A stretch of 64,000 bases of DNA from Acidimicrobiia bacterium (GCA_965203555.1 CBDBCY010000004.1:1216001-1280000), one strand, 5' to 3'; shown: positions 28,276 to 39,949, counted from the first letter of the stretch. Notes: generated by a model not told the origin, from the letters alone. A program made the numbers and translations.

Positions 28276-30696
28276 CTACAGGGGGCGGACGGTAACCCTG
28301 GTCACCGAGCCCAGAGGAGACGCGCCGGGTTGATTGAAGGGAACGTATACGACCCTTCTGTGGAGGGAGGCATCTATATCGGCCTCGACCTCCAAGACGC
28401 CCTGAGACGAAGCAACCCTGACCCGGTCGCCGGGCGCCACTCCCAAACCTTGCGCGTCGGAGGGATGCAGATATACCGCCGTCCCCGGCGCCAGAGGGCG
28501 CAATGAGGGGCTTTCTCTTATCATCACCCCGTCGTCATACATGGTGCGGGCATAGTGCAGGGCCATCTGGCCCGGTCCCGGAGGAGAACCGCCGCCGTTC
28601 CCGTAGACCGGGATGTAGCCGAGATTCCCACCCACCATGATCCCGTCCCGATCTTCCCAGTCGAGCCGGTCCCAGTTCACGCCCCGGTAGATATCGGCGA
28701 ACTCCTCGATCTCCTCACTGATCTGCTGAGCGGAGACAAGACCGAGATCCACCCCCAGCCGGGCGGCCAGATCGGCCAGAATGGCCCAGTCGGCCCTGCT
28801 CTGACCCGGGCCTGGGGTGAGGCGGTTCACTTTGAGGACGCGGCTCTCGATGTTGGTGACGGTGCCTTCGACTTCGGCAAAGCCCATCGCCGGGAACACC
28901 ACATCGGCCATTTTGGAACTGTCGGTGAGAAACTGATCTATCGCCACCACCAGACCCGCGTTCTCCAAGGCTCGACGGGCCTGGTCCCCGTCAGGTACGT
29001 CGCGCACCGGATCAGCGCCCATCAGGATCAAGGCTTCGATCTCCCCGGACTCCAAACCATCCAGTATCCCCCGGCAGTCTTTCCCCGAAGCTGCCGGGAA
29101 TTCGCCCCATCGCTCGGCCAACATCTGGGCGGCCAAGGTGCCCCGCTGGGCCCTGCCGGGCAGCAGAGCGGGGCTGAGGCCCATGTCCAGGGCGCCGAAC
29201 ACATTCCCGCGGCGGGCCAGGGGCAGGATGGTTGCCCCGGGAAGGGTACGGACGAAGGCTGCCGCCGCCTCGGTCAGATCGGGGCTCTCACCATATCCGG
29301 GCCTACCCAGAAGAGCCACCACCGGACCCCGGGACAGGACTTCTTTCGCTTCGGCCATCCTTCCCTCGCCGGCGATCAGTTCGGAAAGCACCTGTCCGCC
29401 TGTTCCGGGCTGATAGGTGATCTTCACGGCAGCGCGGTCGTCCAGTCCCGTGCGGCGGGGATGGATCACCACCAGTCCTGCTCCCAGTTCCTGGGCCGCC
29501 CGGCGCACCCGCAAGTACAGGGTGGGGTGCTCCTCTTTCAGGTCCGGTCCCCACACCAGAATGGAATCCGCCTTTTCCAGGTCACTGATCCTGGCCCTGT
29601 CCACCACTCCCGACAGCAGCCGGGGATCGAGCCCGTCGTCCATCTGGCAGTCGACGTTGTTGGTGCCCACTGCGGACCGCAGGAACTTGGAGAACGCGTA
29701 GGCATCCTCATTGGTCGAACGGGCCCCTCCCAATCCTGCCACCGCCCTCCCTCCCGCACGCGCGAGAACCTCGCCAAGAGCCCGGCCGGCATGGTCCAGA
29801 GCCTCGCCCCAGGTAGCCTCCTCCAACTCGCCCTGTTCGTTCCGAGTCAGGGGAACGGTGAGCCGCGCCGGGGAGGATACGTACTCGAACCCGAAGCGGC
29901 ACTTGTCGGAGAGCCAACCCTGGTTGGTGGGTTCAGAGTCCACACCCAGGATCCGCAGCAGCCGGTTCTGGCTGGACTGGAGATTTATACGGTCGCCGCT
30001 CGAACAATGCTGGCAGGTGGACTCGACCGCGGTGAGATCCCAGGGACGGGCCCGAAAGCGATAGGGGGTGGCGGTTAGAGCGCCCACCGGACAGATCTGG
30101 ACCGTGTTGCCGGAAAAGTAGGAACGGAACGGCTCGTCGGGGAAAGTGTTGACTTGGGTGTAGTTGCCGCGGTCCTGGAATTCGATCAGGGGATCTCCCG
30201 AAACCTCCTCGGAGAAGCGGGTGCACCGGGCGCAGAGAATGCACCGCTCGCGGTCCAGCATGACCAGTTCGGAGATCGGGATGGGCTTTTCGAAGTGGCG
30301 CTTTTCCTCCACGAACCGGCTCTCGCCCGGTCCGTATGCCATGGTCTGATCCTGGAGAGGACACTCCCCTGCCCGGTCGCACACCGGGCAGTCCAGCGGA
30401 TGGTTGATCAACAGGAACTCCAGCACGCCCTCCTGGGCCTTCTTTACGGTCGGATTGGTGGTGTCCACCGTCATGCCGTCGCTGACCGGCGTGGTGCAGG
30501 AGGTCACCATGAGGGGGCCCCGAGGGGTCTCGATCTCCACCAGGCACATGCGGCACATTCCCACCGGATTCATGCGGGGGTGCCAGCAGAAGCGGGGAAT
30601 GTACACGCCGTTGTCCTGGGCGGCCTTGATGAGCATTTCTCCGGGCCGGGCGCTCACTTCCCTGCGGTCGATGGTTACGGATACCGGCTCAGACAA
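28276..30696 (-). CDS. nuoG: NADH-quinone oxidoreductase subunit G
   Basis: IPRFCWHP, CRMCLVE, NHPLDCPVCDRAGECPLQD, RCILCARCTRF, CPVGALT. Confidence 0.93.
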   Translation of the reverse strand: MSEPVSVTIDRREVSARPGEMLIKAAQDNGVYIPRFCWHPRMNPVGMCRMCLVEIETPRGPLMVTSCTTPVSDGMTVDTTNPTVKKAQEGVLEFLLINHPLDCPVCDRAGECPLQDQTMAYGPGESRFVEEKRHFEKPIPISELVMLDRERCILCARCTRFSEEVSGDPLIEFQDRGNYTQVNTFPDEPFRSYFSGNTVQICPVGALTATPYRFRARPWDLTAVESTCQHCSSGDRINLQSSQNRLLRILGVDSEPTNQGWLSDKCRFGFEYVSSPARLTVPLTRNEQGELEEATWGEALDHAGRALGEVLARAGGRAVAGLGGARSTNEDAYAFSKFLRSAVGTNNVDCQMDDGLDPRLLSGVVDRARISDLEKADSILVWGPDLKEEHPTLYLRVRRAAQELGAGLVVIHPRRTGLDDRAAVKITYQPGTGGQVLSELIAGEGRMAEAKEVLSRGPVVALLGRPGYGESPDLTEAAAAFVRTLPGATILPLARRGNVFGALDMGLSPALLPGRAQRGTLAAQMLAERWGEFPAASGKDCRGILDGLESGEIEALILMGADPVRDVPDGDQARRALENAGLVVAIDQFLTDSSKMADVVFPAMGFAEVEGTVTNIESRVLKVNRLTPGPGQSRADWAILADLAARLGVDLGLVSAQQISEEIEEFADIYRGVNWDRLDWEDRDGIMVGGNLGYIPVYGNGGGSPPGPGQMALHYARTMYDDGVMIRESPSLRPLAPGTAVYLHPSDAQGLGVAPGDRVRVASSQGVLEVEADIDASLHRRVVYVPFNQPGASPLGSVTRVTVRPL

Positions 30697-31984
30697 GAGA
30701 ACAACCTCTCCCGTGGATGTGCTCCATGATCTCGTCCTTGAAGTAGGTGGTGATAGCGAGGATAGGCGAGACCGCCGAGGGACCCAGCGGACAGATGGTG
30801 GTCATCCGGGGCGGCCAGGCCAGCCCCGGAGAGATGTTGTCGGAGATGTCGAGCAGCATGTCGATGTCCACCTCCCGCCCGGCCCCCTCCCGGATGCGAC
30901 GCAGCACGCGCTCCATCCAGGAGCATCCCTCCCGGCAAGGTGTGCACTGCCCGCACGACTCGTGGGCGAAGAACCGGACCACCCGTTCGGCGGCCCGCAG
31001 GACACAGGTGGTCTCGTCCATGATCACCACTGCTCCCGACCCCAGCATCGACCCGGCCTTGGCTGTGTCGTCCAAAGTAACCGGTAGATCGAGGTGGAGA
31101 TCCGGAACGAACCACGGCGCCGAGGCACCCCCGGGGATCCAGCATTTGAGCGCCCGGTCGCCGGGTATCCCCCCCGCCACCTCGAAGATCAGTTCTCTCC
31201 AGCTGAGTCCCATCACCAACTCGTAGTTGCCCGGACGGCGCACATGCCCGGAGATGGAGAAGAGCCGGGTGCCCCGGGAGCCGTCCGGTCCGATCGAGGA
31301 AAACGCCTTTCCTCCGTTCTCGATGATCCAGGGGATGTTGGACAGGGTCTCCACGTTGTTGACGATGGTGGGCTTCATGTACAGTCCCTTGGCCGCCGGA
31401 TAGTAGGGCGGTTTCAACCGGGGTTCTCCCCTCCGCCCCTCCAGACTGTTCAGAAGCGCCGTCTCCTCACCGCAAATGTAGGCGCCCGCTCCCAGATGCA
31501 CGGTGACATCCAGGTCATATCCGGTCCCCAGGATGTCCGTACCCAGGTAGCCGGCGGAGTAGGCCTCGTCCACCGCCGCCTGAATCCGCCGCGCCGAGCG
31601 GGGGTATTCACCCCGGATGTAGATGAATGCATGATGGACATCGCTGGCGTAGGAGGCGATGATGGTCCCCTCCAGCATCTGGTGGGGATCGCGTTCCATG
31701 AGTTGACGGTCCTTGAATGTGCCGGGCTCGGATTCGTCCCCGTTCACCACCAGGTAGGCAGGTTTGCCCGGCGCCAGGAATCCCCATTTGACCCCGCAGG
31801 GAAAACCCGCCCCGCCCCGACCTCGCAGGTCGGCGCTCCGTACCTCTCCGGTCACCTCTTTAGCCGACATCCCCAGGGCCTTGGGGAGCGAGCGGTATCC
31901 ACCCGTGGCCAGGTAACGGTCCAGGGTGTGGCTGTCGGCCGGAAAACGGTCCATCCGGTCGGTGATGATGCTGGGTGCGCTCAC
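30689..31984 (-). CDS. nuoF: NADH-quinone oxidoreductase subunit F
   Basis: LRGRGGAGF, NGDESEPGTFKDR, GAGAYICGEETAL, ESCGQCTPCREG; GTG start 31984. Confidence 0.95.
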   Translation of the reverse strand: MSAPSIITDRMDRFPADSHTLDRYLATGGYRSLPKALGMSAKEVTGEVRSADLRGRGGAGFPCGVKWGFLAPGKPAYLVVNGDESEPGTFKDRQLMERDPHQMLEGTIIASYASDVHHAFIYIRGEYPRSARRIQAAVDEAYSAGYLGTDILGTGYDLDVTVHLGAGAYICGEETALLNSLEGRRGEPRLKPPYYPAAKGLYMKPTIVNNVETLSNIPWIIENGGKAFSSIGPDGSRGTRLFSISGHVRRPGNYELVMGLSWRELIFEVAGGIPGDRALKCWIPGGASAPWFVPDLHLDLPVTLDDTAKAGSMLGSGAVVIMDETTCVLRAAERVVRFFAHESCGQCTPCREGCSWMERVLRRIREGAGREVDIDMLLDISDNISPGLAWPPRMTTICPLGPSAVSPILAITTYFKDEIMEHIHGRGCSLV

Positions 31985-31988
31985 CGTT

Positions 31989-32648
31989 TTATCCGTCTTG
32001 GCTCTGGGAGCGAACTGAAACCGTACCCAAGGGTTCGAAGGCAGGATAGGGTCCCACTGCGGAACTGCGATCGAAAGATCCCCACTCAAAACTGCGCCTC
32101 CCGCCGAACAGTTCTTGACATTCGGCGCCGCCGACCGTCTCCGGACGCGCATTATGGAGCCACCTCACCAATTCGCGAGCCTTTTCGACCGTCATGCCTT
32201 CGATCAACTCGTAGTTGACAGTGACGGCCGGCGCTCCCCCGCATGCTCCTATACACTCCACGTGCTCCACGGTGACCAGACCCTCGGCATTGCTCTGTTC
32301 GGCCATGACCTCCGTTTCATCCTCAATGGCCTTCAACACCTCATCAGACCCCAACAGCATGCAACTTATCGAAGTGCAACAAGAAATCAAATAGTTGCCG
32401 GGGTGCTCCCTCTTGTACATCGTGTAGAAAGAAGCCACCGCGCTGACCTGGGCCGGGGTCAAGCCCACTCGTTTAGCCACTTCCCTCATCCCGTCATCGG
32501 TGAGGTAGCCCTCCTCGGCCATGGCCAGATACAGAAGAGGCATAACCGCGGACCGGGGCTCCGGATAGCTTTCAATGATCTTCGAGGCCCTCCGTTGGGT
32601 CTCCTCGGACCATTCATTACCGACGCTCGGGGGGCGAATTTTGACCAT
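31989..32648 (-). CDS. nuoE: NADH-quinone oxidoreductase subunit E
   Basis: RSAVMPLL, VASFYTMY, CTSISC, ECIGACGGAP. Confidence 0.93.
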   Translation of the reverse strand: MVKIRPPSVGNEWSEETQRRASKIIESYPEPRSAVMPLLYLAMAEEGYLTDDGMREVAKRVGLTPAQVSAVASFYTMYKREHPGNYLISCCTSISCMLLGSDEVLKAIEDETEVMAEQSNAEGLVTVEHVECIGACGGAPAVTVNYELIEGMTVEKARELVRWLHNARPETVGGAECQELFGGRRSFEWGSFDRSSAVGPYPAFEPLGTVSVRSQSQDG

Positions 32649-32803
32649 TGGAGACGAGATTAGTTATCGCCACGCCCATCTCAAACCTCACCCGTCCTCA
32701 GCACCTCTAAAGTACATCCCGCCCGCGTCGAAGCATGCCCCACCACCCTCTCATTTAACACGTTTGTATTAGTCTCCGCCCCAGGCTGTGGGCCTGTCGG
32801 TCT

Positions 32804-33892
32804 TTACCGGATCACCAACTCGGGATGGGAGCGAATCCGGGGACGGGCCTTCTCGACCTCCGAAGCCAGCCGGGTAAATGCCCGGGCAGCCTCGCTTTCG
32901 GGGGCGGTCGCCATCACCGGGAGACCGCGATCGGCCCCCTCCCGCATCAGGGGCAACAACGGGATTTGCGCCATCAGGGGAACACCGAGTTCCGAAGCCA
33001 GGGCCTGGCCACCTCCCGATCCAAACAATTCGTAGCGTTTATGGTCATCGCCGGTGAACCAGGACATGTTTTCAACCACCCCGATCACCTCCTGGTTGAC
33101 CTGGGCCGCCATCAGCGCCGCGCGCCGGGCGACCCGCTGGGCGGTGGGCTGGGGAGTGGTAACCAGAAGGACCTGGGATCTGGGCAAAAAATTCTGGATG
33201 GAAATGGCAATATCCCCGGTTCCCGGCGGCATATCGATCAGCAGGTAGTCCGGCCTGTCCCAGAACACGTCCTTGAGGAACTGCTCCAGGGCCTTGTGGA
33301 GCATCGGACCCCGCCAGATCACCGCCCGGTCGTCAGGCACGAAATAGTCCATGGACATGGCGTTGACCCCGTAGGCGCTGGGAGGGATGATGGACTGGTC
33401 GATGACCACCGGCGGCCGGTCTATGCCCAGCATCTTGGGGATGGAGAAACCCCAGATGTCGGCGTCTATCAGCCCCACTTTCCTTCCCAGTTCCCGCAAC
33501 GCGAGCCCGAGATTGGTGGCGACCGACGACTTCCCGACTCCCCCCTTACCCGAAGAAATCGCCACCACCCGGGTGGCGGATCCGGTCTCTCCGGGACCGG
33601 GACCGGCTTCTTGGCGGACCCGCGCCATCATCGCCTCCCGGTCTGCGTCGGTCATGAGTTCGGTCCGGACGTCCAGATCGGAAACCAGGTCCGAACCGGC
33701 ACGCCGCAATCTCTCGACCAACTCAGAGAGCAGCGGATAGTTGGGCACGGGTAGGGCAATGGTTACCGTGGGCGAACCGAATCTTCGCGTCTTAACCGAA
33801 CGGACCATGTCCAGCGAGGCGAGAGAACGGCCCAATAACGGCTCTTCGACCGCCGCCAGAGCGGCCCTCAAAGCACCCTGAGACGGCATCAT
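32804..33892 (-). CDS. mrp: Mrp/NBP35 (ApbC) Fe-S cluster carrier ATPase
   Basis: SGKGGVGKS, DADIWGFSIP, WRGPMLH, DMPPGTGD, GVVENMS. Confidence 0.92.
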   Translation of the reverse strand: MMPSQGALRAALAAVEEPLLGRSLASLDMVRSVKTRRFGSPTVTIALPVPNYPLLSELVERLRRAGSDLVSDLDVRTELMTDADREAMMARVRQEAGPGPGETGSATRVVAISSGKGGVGKSSVATNLGLALRELGRKVGLIDADIWGFSIPKMLGIDRPPVVIDQSIIPPSAYGVNAMSMDYFVPDDRAVIWRGPMLHKALEQFLKDVFWDRPDYLLIDMPPGTGDIAISIQNFLPRSQVLLVTTPQPTAQRVARRAALMAAQVNQEVIGVVENMSWFTGDDHKRYELFGSGGGQALASELGVPLMAQIPLLPLMREGADRGLPVMATAPESEAARAFTRLASEVEKARPRIRSHPELVIR

Positions 33893-33932
33893 CTGTAACT
33901 ATAATCTCTCCCTGTAAGTTCAAAGGTCAGTC

Positions 33933-34646
33933 ATGAGCCATCAGGTAATCGACAAGCAAATAGCCGACCTGACCTCTGCGCTCGGAGACGCCACTCGCCG
34001 AGCCATCTTCATCGCGGTGCGGGAGTCACCTAAGGCTCTCACGGTAGGCAAAGTCTCCGAGTTGTTCGGAATTCACCGCAACCTGGCTCGCCACCACCTG
34101 GAAAAGCTCATGGAGGACGGATTCCTCAAAGTCGGCGACCAACCCGCGCCAGCCACCAGAAAGGCGGGAAGGCCGCCCAAGCACTACCAGGCCACCACCC
34201 GCCACATAGAGATCATCTATCCCACGCTTCGGTACGACCTCCTGGTGGAACTCCTTACCAAGATTCTCAGCCGCCTGTCTCCCGAAGACCTCTCCGAAGT
34301 AGCCGAGCAGGTGGGGAGGGAGTACGGACTGGAGTTGGCCGAGGAGATCGGGACACCTGCCGACGCGGGCTACGAGGAGGCGATCCGAGGAGTGATGGGC
34401 GCCATGGGTGGGATCGGATTCGCCATGAATCCCGACTGGGAGGCGGGACGTCTTCTCACCTATCACTGTCCTTTCGGGGAAGCCGCCATCAGTCATCCCG
34501 AAGTGGTCTGTTCCCTGGACCGCGGCATCGTATCCGGGCTGTTCGAGGCGATAGCCAGATGCTCGGAGACGGTGCTCCGTCCCCACCTCGATCATCTCGA
34601 GGACTGCGTTACCGAGATCCCGGTCGAAATCACCATCCGCTCCTAA
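33933..34646 (+). CDS. Winged-HTH metalloregulator (ArsR/SufR-like) with C-terminal cysteines
   Basis: ALGDATRRAI, ARHHLEKL, GRPPKHY, HCPF..VVC; TATAAT at 33900-33905. Confidence 0.82.
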   Translation: MSHQVIDKQIADLTSALGDATRRAIFIAVRESPKALTVGKVSELFGIHRNLARHHLEKLMEDGFLKVGDQPAPATRKAGRPPKHYQATTRHIEIIYPTLRYDLLVELLTKILSRLSPEDLSEVAEQVGREYGLELAEEIGTPADAGYEEAIRGVMGAMGGIGFAMNPDWEAGRLLTYHCPFGEAAISHPEVVCSLDRGIVSGLFEAIARCSETVLRPHLDHLEDCVTEIPVEITIRS

Positions 34647-34655
34647 AAGGAAGCC

Positions 34656-37322
34656 ATGAACACCGCCGACAAATCGACAGCCACTATCACCACGCCCCTG
34701 GGACTGAGAAAGATCGCCCGGCTGGATTCCGTCCCGGAGGTCGACGCCCTTCCCTACTCGATCAAGGTGCTGCTGGAATCGGCGATTCGCAACCTGGGCC
34801 GTCCCGGATTCTCGGCCGACGACATCCGGACGATCGCCGCCTTCAACCCCGACCGCTCCTCGAACGACGAGATTCCCTTCCTCCCCGGGCGGGTGATCCT
34901 GCAGGACTTCACCGGAGTGCCCGCCGTGGTGGATCTCGCCGCCATGCGGGACGCCATAGTGGCGATGACCGGAGATCCCGACTCCGCCGACAAGGTCAAT
35001 CCCCTGGTGCCGGTGGACCTGGTGGTCGACCACAGCGTGCAGATCGATGTCTTCAACCGGCCCGACGCGCTGCTGATCAACTCCCGGCGGGAGTTCGAGC
35101 GAAACCAGCAGCGATACCAACTGCTCAAATGGGCGCAGTCGGCTTTCGACAATTTCCGGGTGGTGCCTCCCGCCACCGGGATAGTCCACCAGGTCAACCT
35201 GGAGTACCTGGGCAAAGTCGTCTGGGACGACGGAGAGTGGCTCTACCCCGACAGCCTGGTGGGCACGGACTCCCATACCACCATGATCAACGGACTGGGG
35301 GTGGCCGGATGGGGCGTCGGCGGAATCGAAGCCGAGGCGGTGATGGTGGGCCAACCTATCTTCATGCTCCTCCCCGAGGTGGTGGGGGTCCGGCTGGTCG
35401 GACGCCTGCGGGAAGGTTCCACCGCCACCGACCTGGTGCTGCGAGTCACCGAGATGCTCCGCAGCCACGGGGTGGTGGGCAAGTTCGTTGAATTCGGGGG
35501 TCCGGGACTGGACGACATGCCGGTGGCCACTCGGGCCACCATCGCCAACATGGCGCCGGAGTACGGCGCCACGGTGGGATTCTTCCCGGTGGACAGCCAG
35601 ACCATCCGTTACCTGGAACTGTCAGGCCGGTCCCCGGAGTTGGCGGAGACGGTGGAGCAGTACTGCCGGGAACAGGGACTGTGGCGAGATGACCGGGAGA
35701 TCTCATACCACGCCCACCTGGAACTGGATCTGGACACCGTGGAACCGTCCCTGGCGGGTCCCCGCCGTCCCCAGGACCGCATCCCGCTGTTCCGGATGAA
35801 GGATCAGTGGCATTCGGACCTGGCTTCGGTATTTGATCGCTCCCCTCCCAATGGCGCCAACGTCGCCCAGCAGGTCAGCCTGAACGGTGATACCTTCGAT
35901 CTGGAGGACGGCCGAGTGGTGATCGCCGCCATCACCTCCTGTACCAACACCTCCAACCCGGCGGTGATGGTCGGGGCCGGGCTACTGGCCCGCAACGCCC
36001 GGCGCCGAGGCTTGACACGCCGGCCCTGGGTCAAGACTTCGCTGGCGCCCGGATCCCAGGTGGTGACCGACTACCTGGACCGGGCGGGGCTGACCGAGGA
36101 CCTGGAAGCGCTGGGTTTCTACGTGGTGGGCTATGGATGCACCACCTGCATCGGCAATTCCGGGCCGCTGCCCGAGCCCATCACCGAGGCCATCGATTCA
36201 GCCGATCTGGTGGCCGCCAGCGTGCTGTCGGGCAACCGCAATTTCGAGGGCCGCATCAGCCCCCACATCCAGGCCAACTATCTGGCCTCTCCTCCGCTGG
36301 TGGTGGCCTATGCACTGGCCGGCACGGTCGACTGGGATCCGTCCGCCGAGCCCCTGGGAACCGACTCCGAGGGCCGGGAGGTTTACCTGCGGGACATCTG
36401 GCCCTCCCAGGAAGAAGTCACCTCCATCATCGACCGTCACGTGAGCCGCGAGCAGTTCAACGCCCGCTACGCCGACGTCTTCACCGGCGCCGCGGAGTGG
36501 CGAGCCGTTGACATGGAAGAAAGCCGGCTGTACCAGTGGTCGGACGATTCCACCTACATCCAGTCACCGCCGTTCTTCACGGATCTCACCCCGGAGCCCC
36601 GTCCGGTGGAGCCCATCAGTGGCGCTCGGGCACTGGTGATGGTGGGAGATTCCATCACCACCGACCATATATCCCCGGCCGGTCCGATCTCGGCCAACAC
36701 CCCTGCCGGACAGTATCTCATCGAACGGGGTGTGCAGCCTTCGGGCTTCAACTCCTACGGCGCCCGCCGGGGCAACGACCGGATCATGAGCCGCGGCACC
36801 TTTGCAAATATCCGGGTGCGCAACCTGCTGGCCCCCGGAACGGTGGGCGGGTTCACCACCGACTTCGGAGACGGTCAGGTCAAGACCATCTTCGAAGCGG
36901 CCGGCTCCTACCGGGAACGGGGGACTCCGCTCATAGTGATCGCCGGTCGGGATTACGGAATGGGGTCATCGCGGGACTGGGCCGCCAAGGGTCCCTTCCT
37001 GCTCGGCGTGCGAGCAGCCATCGCCGAGAGCTACGAACGCATCCATCGCACCAACCTGGTGATGATGGGCCTGCTCCCCCTCCAGTTCACCGAAGGCGAG
37101 AACCCCGAGACCCTGGGCCTGTCCGGCTCGGAGACCTTTCACATTCCGGTCGACGAATCACTGGTCCCCGGACAGCGGGTGACGGTGAGAGCCGAAGGGG
37201 AGAACGGCGCGGCGACGGAGTTCGAGGTCATCATCCGCATTGACACCCCCATCGAGGTCGACTACTACCGCCACGGAGGCATCCTCCCCTACGTACTCCG
37301 CCAGATGGCAAATACCGGCTGA
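34656..37322 (+). CDS. acnA: Aconitate hydratase A
   Basis: [55 protein letters not shown]. Confidence 0.97.
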   Translation: MNTADKSTATITTPLGLRKIARLDSVPEVDALPYSIKVLLESAIRNLGRPGFSADDIRTIAAFNPDRSSNDEIPFLPGRVILQDFTGVPAVVDLAAMRDAIVAMTGDPDSADKVNPLVPVDLVVDHSVQIDVFNRPDALLINSRREFERNQQRYQLLKWAQSAFDNFRVVPPATGIVHQVNLEYLGKVVWDDGEWLYPDSLVGTDSHTTMINGLGVAGWGVGGIEAEAVMVGQPIFMLLPEVVGVRLVGRLREGSTATDLVLRVTEMLRSHGVVGKFVEFGGPGLDDMPVATRATIANMAPEYGATVGFFPVDSQTIRYLELSGRSPELAETVEQYCREQGLWRDDREISYHAHLELDLDTVEPSLAGPRRPQDRIPLFRMKDQWHSDLASVFDRSPPNGANVAQQVSLNGDTFDLEDGRVVIAAITSCTNTSNPAVMVGAGLLARNARRRGLTRRPWVKTSLAPGSQVVTDYLDRAGLTEDLEALGFYVVGYGCTTCIGNSGPLPEPITEAIDSADLVAASVLSGNRNFEGRISPHIQANYLASPPLVVAYALAGTVDWDPSAEPLGTDSEGREVYLRDIWPSQEEVTSIIDRHVSREQFNARYADVFTGAAEWRAVDMEESRLYQWSDDSTYIQSPPFFTDLTPEPRPVEPISGARALVMVGDSITTDHISPAGPISANTPAGQYLIERGVQPSGFNSYGARRGNDRIMSRGTFANIRVRNLLAPGTVGGFTTDFGDGQVKTIFEAAGSYRERGTPLIVIAGRDYGMGSSRDWAAKGPFLLGVRAAIAESYERIHRTNLVMMGLLPLQFTEGENPETLGLSGSETFHIPVDESLVPGQRVTVRAEGENGAATEFEVIIRIDTPIEVDYYRHGGILPYVLRQMANTG

Positions 37323-37502
37323 CCGGTCAGGGACCGATGAGACCTCCCAGTCCTATGCCTTCAAACAACAGACCCACCCATCGGGCATGAAGATCGACGT
37401 TACCGATGTTGCCGAAAGCCATGGAACTGCTATCGGGGACGCCCCGGCGCCCCGCAGTTTCACCACCGCTGTCTACAGGGGCGTGAAGATCGGAAGAGAA
37501 CT

Positions 37503-38699
37503 ATGAGCGCCGGACCGTTGGAAGGGATTCGGGTGATCGACATCGCCACCCTGTTCGCCGGTCCCATGGCAGCCACCCTCCTGGCCGACTACGGCGCCTC
37601 GGTCATCAAGGTGGAACACCCCCGCGGCGACCCGGTTCGCAACCACGGACACGTCAAGGACGGCGTGCCTCTGTGGTGGAAGACCCTCAATCGCAACAAG
37701 GAGGCAATCACCCTCAACCTGTCCACCCCGCAGGGGCGTGACCTGCTGTTATGTCTGCTTGCCGACGCCGATGTCCTGATCGAGAACTTCCGACCAGGCA
37801 CCTTGGAGAGGTGGGACCTCGCCCCTGAGCTATTGACGGAGGTAAATGCGGGACTGGTGATTGCCAGGGTGAGCGGGTTCGGCCAGTTCGGTCCCTACTC
37901 CCGACGACCGGGATTCGGGACTCTTGCTGAATCGATGAGCGGCTTCGCCTCCCTGACCGGCCAGCCGGACGGCCCTCCCACCCTTCCCCCCTTCGGGCTG
38001 GCCGACAGTATCACCGGCCTGACGGTAGCCAACGCAGTGCTGATGGCACTCCTACACCGAGACCGCAATGGCCGAGGTCGGGGCCAGGTGATCGACTGCG
38101 CCATTATCGAGCCGATCATGGGGATGCTGGGACCACACGCCTTGGTTTACGACCAGTTGGGGATCATCCAGCCCCGAACCGGCAACCGGTCCGTCGATAA
38201 TGCCCCACGCAACACCTACAAGACCCGGGACAACCGCTGGGTGGCGATCTCCACCAGCGCCCAGAGCATCGCCGAGAGAGTGATCCGCCTGGTTGGTCAT
38301 GCCGAGCTGGTGGACGAGCCGTGGTTCTCCTCGGGACGGGAACGCGCCAAGCGGGTGGATCTGCTCGACAAGTACGTGGGCGACTGGATCGCGCAGCGAG
38401 ACCTGGAGGAGGTGATGGAAGCGTTCACCGCCGCCCAGGCGGCAGTCGCCCCCATCTACGACATCTCCCAGGTCATGGAAGACCCCCAGTATCAGGCGCT
38501 CGATTCAATCATCCAACTGGACGATCCCGAATTGGGGAAGATAAAGATGCAGAACGTCCTGTTCCGGATGTCGGAGACCCCCGGCGAAGTCCGATGGAGC
38601 GGTCGCACCCAGGGAGCGGACAACCACCGGATCTATTGCGAGAAGCTGGGTCTCAGCACCGAGGAATTGGCCGAGTTGAAGAGAAAAGGTGTGGTGTGA
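37503..38699 (+). CDS. CoA-transferase family III (CaiB/BaiF)
   Basis: GPLEGIRVID..TLFAGP, LADYGA.VIKVEHP, ENFRPGTLERW, SGFGQ.GPY. Confidence 0.93.
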   Translation: MSAGPLEGIRVIDIATLFAGPMAATLLADYGASVIKVEHPRGDPVRNHGHVKDGVPLWWKTLNRNKEAITLNLSTPQGRDLLLCLLADADVLIENFRPGTLERWDLAPELLTEVNAGLVIARVSGFGQFGPYSRRPGFGTLAESMSGFASLTGQPDGPPTLPPFGLADSITGLTVANAVLMALLHRDRNGRGRGQVIDCAIIEPIMGMLGPHALVYDQLGIIQPRTGNRSVDNAPRNTYKTRDNRWVAISTSAQSIAERVIRLVGHAELVDEPWFSSGRERAKRVDLLDKYVGDWIAQRDLEEVMEAFTAAQAAVAPIYDISQVMEDPQYQALDSIIQLDDPELGKIKMQNVLFRMSETPGEVRWSGRTQGADNHRIYCEKLGLSTEELAELKRKGVV

Positions 38700-38976
38700 G
38701 GAGTACAGATAGGACGAGAGGCCGCTCACCGACCGGGGAGAACACCGATAGCCCCCGGAGTCTTCCGCGGGCTGCACCCCACCAACCAATGTCCGTTACT
38801 CGGAGTGGAACTCATCGTTGAGATGACATAGCCGCACAACTTGGAAGTTCGAGTGATATCCGTTGCCCCACGGCGATCCGGGCTTATTGGGAAAGTCATA
38901 CTCTACGGTTCTGCCTCCTCAAAGTCCTCAGTCCGGTGGAGTCCAAAATGACACATGTGTAAGCTATCCTGACCTC

Positions 38977-39894
38977 ATGGTCAGTGATTCTCTTCCAGCA
39001 CCTCCCCAGGGCAGAGAACGAGCCTTGGCCAAGCTGTTGCATAAAGGGGTCGTGTGGGGGGATTCCGCCGAATGGCTGCCCAGACTGCCGTCAAACTCGG
39101 TGGACCTCTTTTTCATGTCCCCTCCATACGCTGATGCCCGTTCTTATGCGCGGATTGCCCCCGAAAAATATGTCGAGTGGTTCTTGCCCTTCGGTGAAGC
39201 CATGCTCAAGGCTGCACGAGAGACCGGCTCCTTCGTCTTGAATATCAAAAACCGGGTGGCAAAAGCCGGTCCCCTCCGGGGCCAGCGCCACCCGTACGTG
39301 TATCAACTTGTACTGGAGTTGCAGAGACTGGGCTGGCGTTGGACCGAGACATACATTTGGCAGAAGCCAAATGCCATTCCCGGTCGGTTCGGACCCCGCA
39401 CCAAGGATGCTTTCGAGTACGTATACCACTTCAGCAAAGGAACAAAGCCCTACTTTGATCTGGACAGCGTGCGAGTCCCTTACAAGGCTGATCCGTCAGA
39501 GATTGCCCGGCGGGTCAAGGACGCCAACGGCCGGCGCAACACTGAAGCCGGGTTTGGCAGAGACCGCGCCCGAACCTACGGTTGTGGCGGCGCCGATCCG
39601 GGAAACGTGATCACGGTTGGTCAGACTTACAATCAGCACAGAGGGCCGGCGGGACTCCACACCGCAGTTATGCCGGAAGGACTGGCGGAGTTCTTCGTCA
39701 AAGCAATGTCTCCACCGGGCGGGGTGGTAATAGACCCATTCGCCGGTTCAGGCACCACCGTAGTTGTGGCGCGGCGCCATGGTCGCCGCTCAGGTGGGAT
39801 CGAATTGCATTCCGGATATGTGCAGGTGGCCCGAAATCGTATCGCGGAGGACCACTACACGGAAGAACAGGGATTGCTCTTTGTCGCTCACTGA
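38977..39894 (+). CDS. Site-specific DNA methyltransferase, beta class (N4-C/N6-A), orphan
   Basis: Motif IV SPPY before motif I DPFAGSGTT; YIWQKPN, H.AVMP. Confidence 0.9.
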   Translation: MVSDSLPAPPQGRERALAKLLHKGVVWGDSAEWLPRLPSNSVDLFFMSPPYADARSYARIAPEKYVEWFLPFGEAMLKAARETGSFVLNIKNRVAKAGPLRGQRHPYVYQLVLELQRLGWRWTETYIWQKPNAIPGRFGPRTKDAFEYVYHFSKGTKPYFDLDSVRVPYKADPSEIARRVKDANGRRNTEAGFGRDRARTYGCGGADPGNVITVGQTYNQHRGPAGLHTAVMPEGLAEFFVKAMSPPGGVVIDPFAGSGTTVVVARRHGRRSGGIELHSGYVQVARNRIAEDHYTEEQGLLFVAH

Positions 39895-39949
39895 TTCGGA
39901 GCGCCGACTGCTCTCGGTAGCGGGTACCACACCCAGTCCGACAATCAGG

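Noticed and set aside
37323-37502. Short ORF MKIDVTDVAESH... between acnA and the CoA-transferase
   Set aside because: No RBS or recognisable motif
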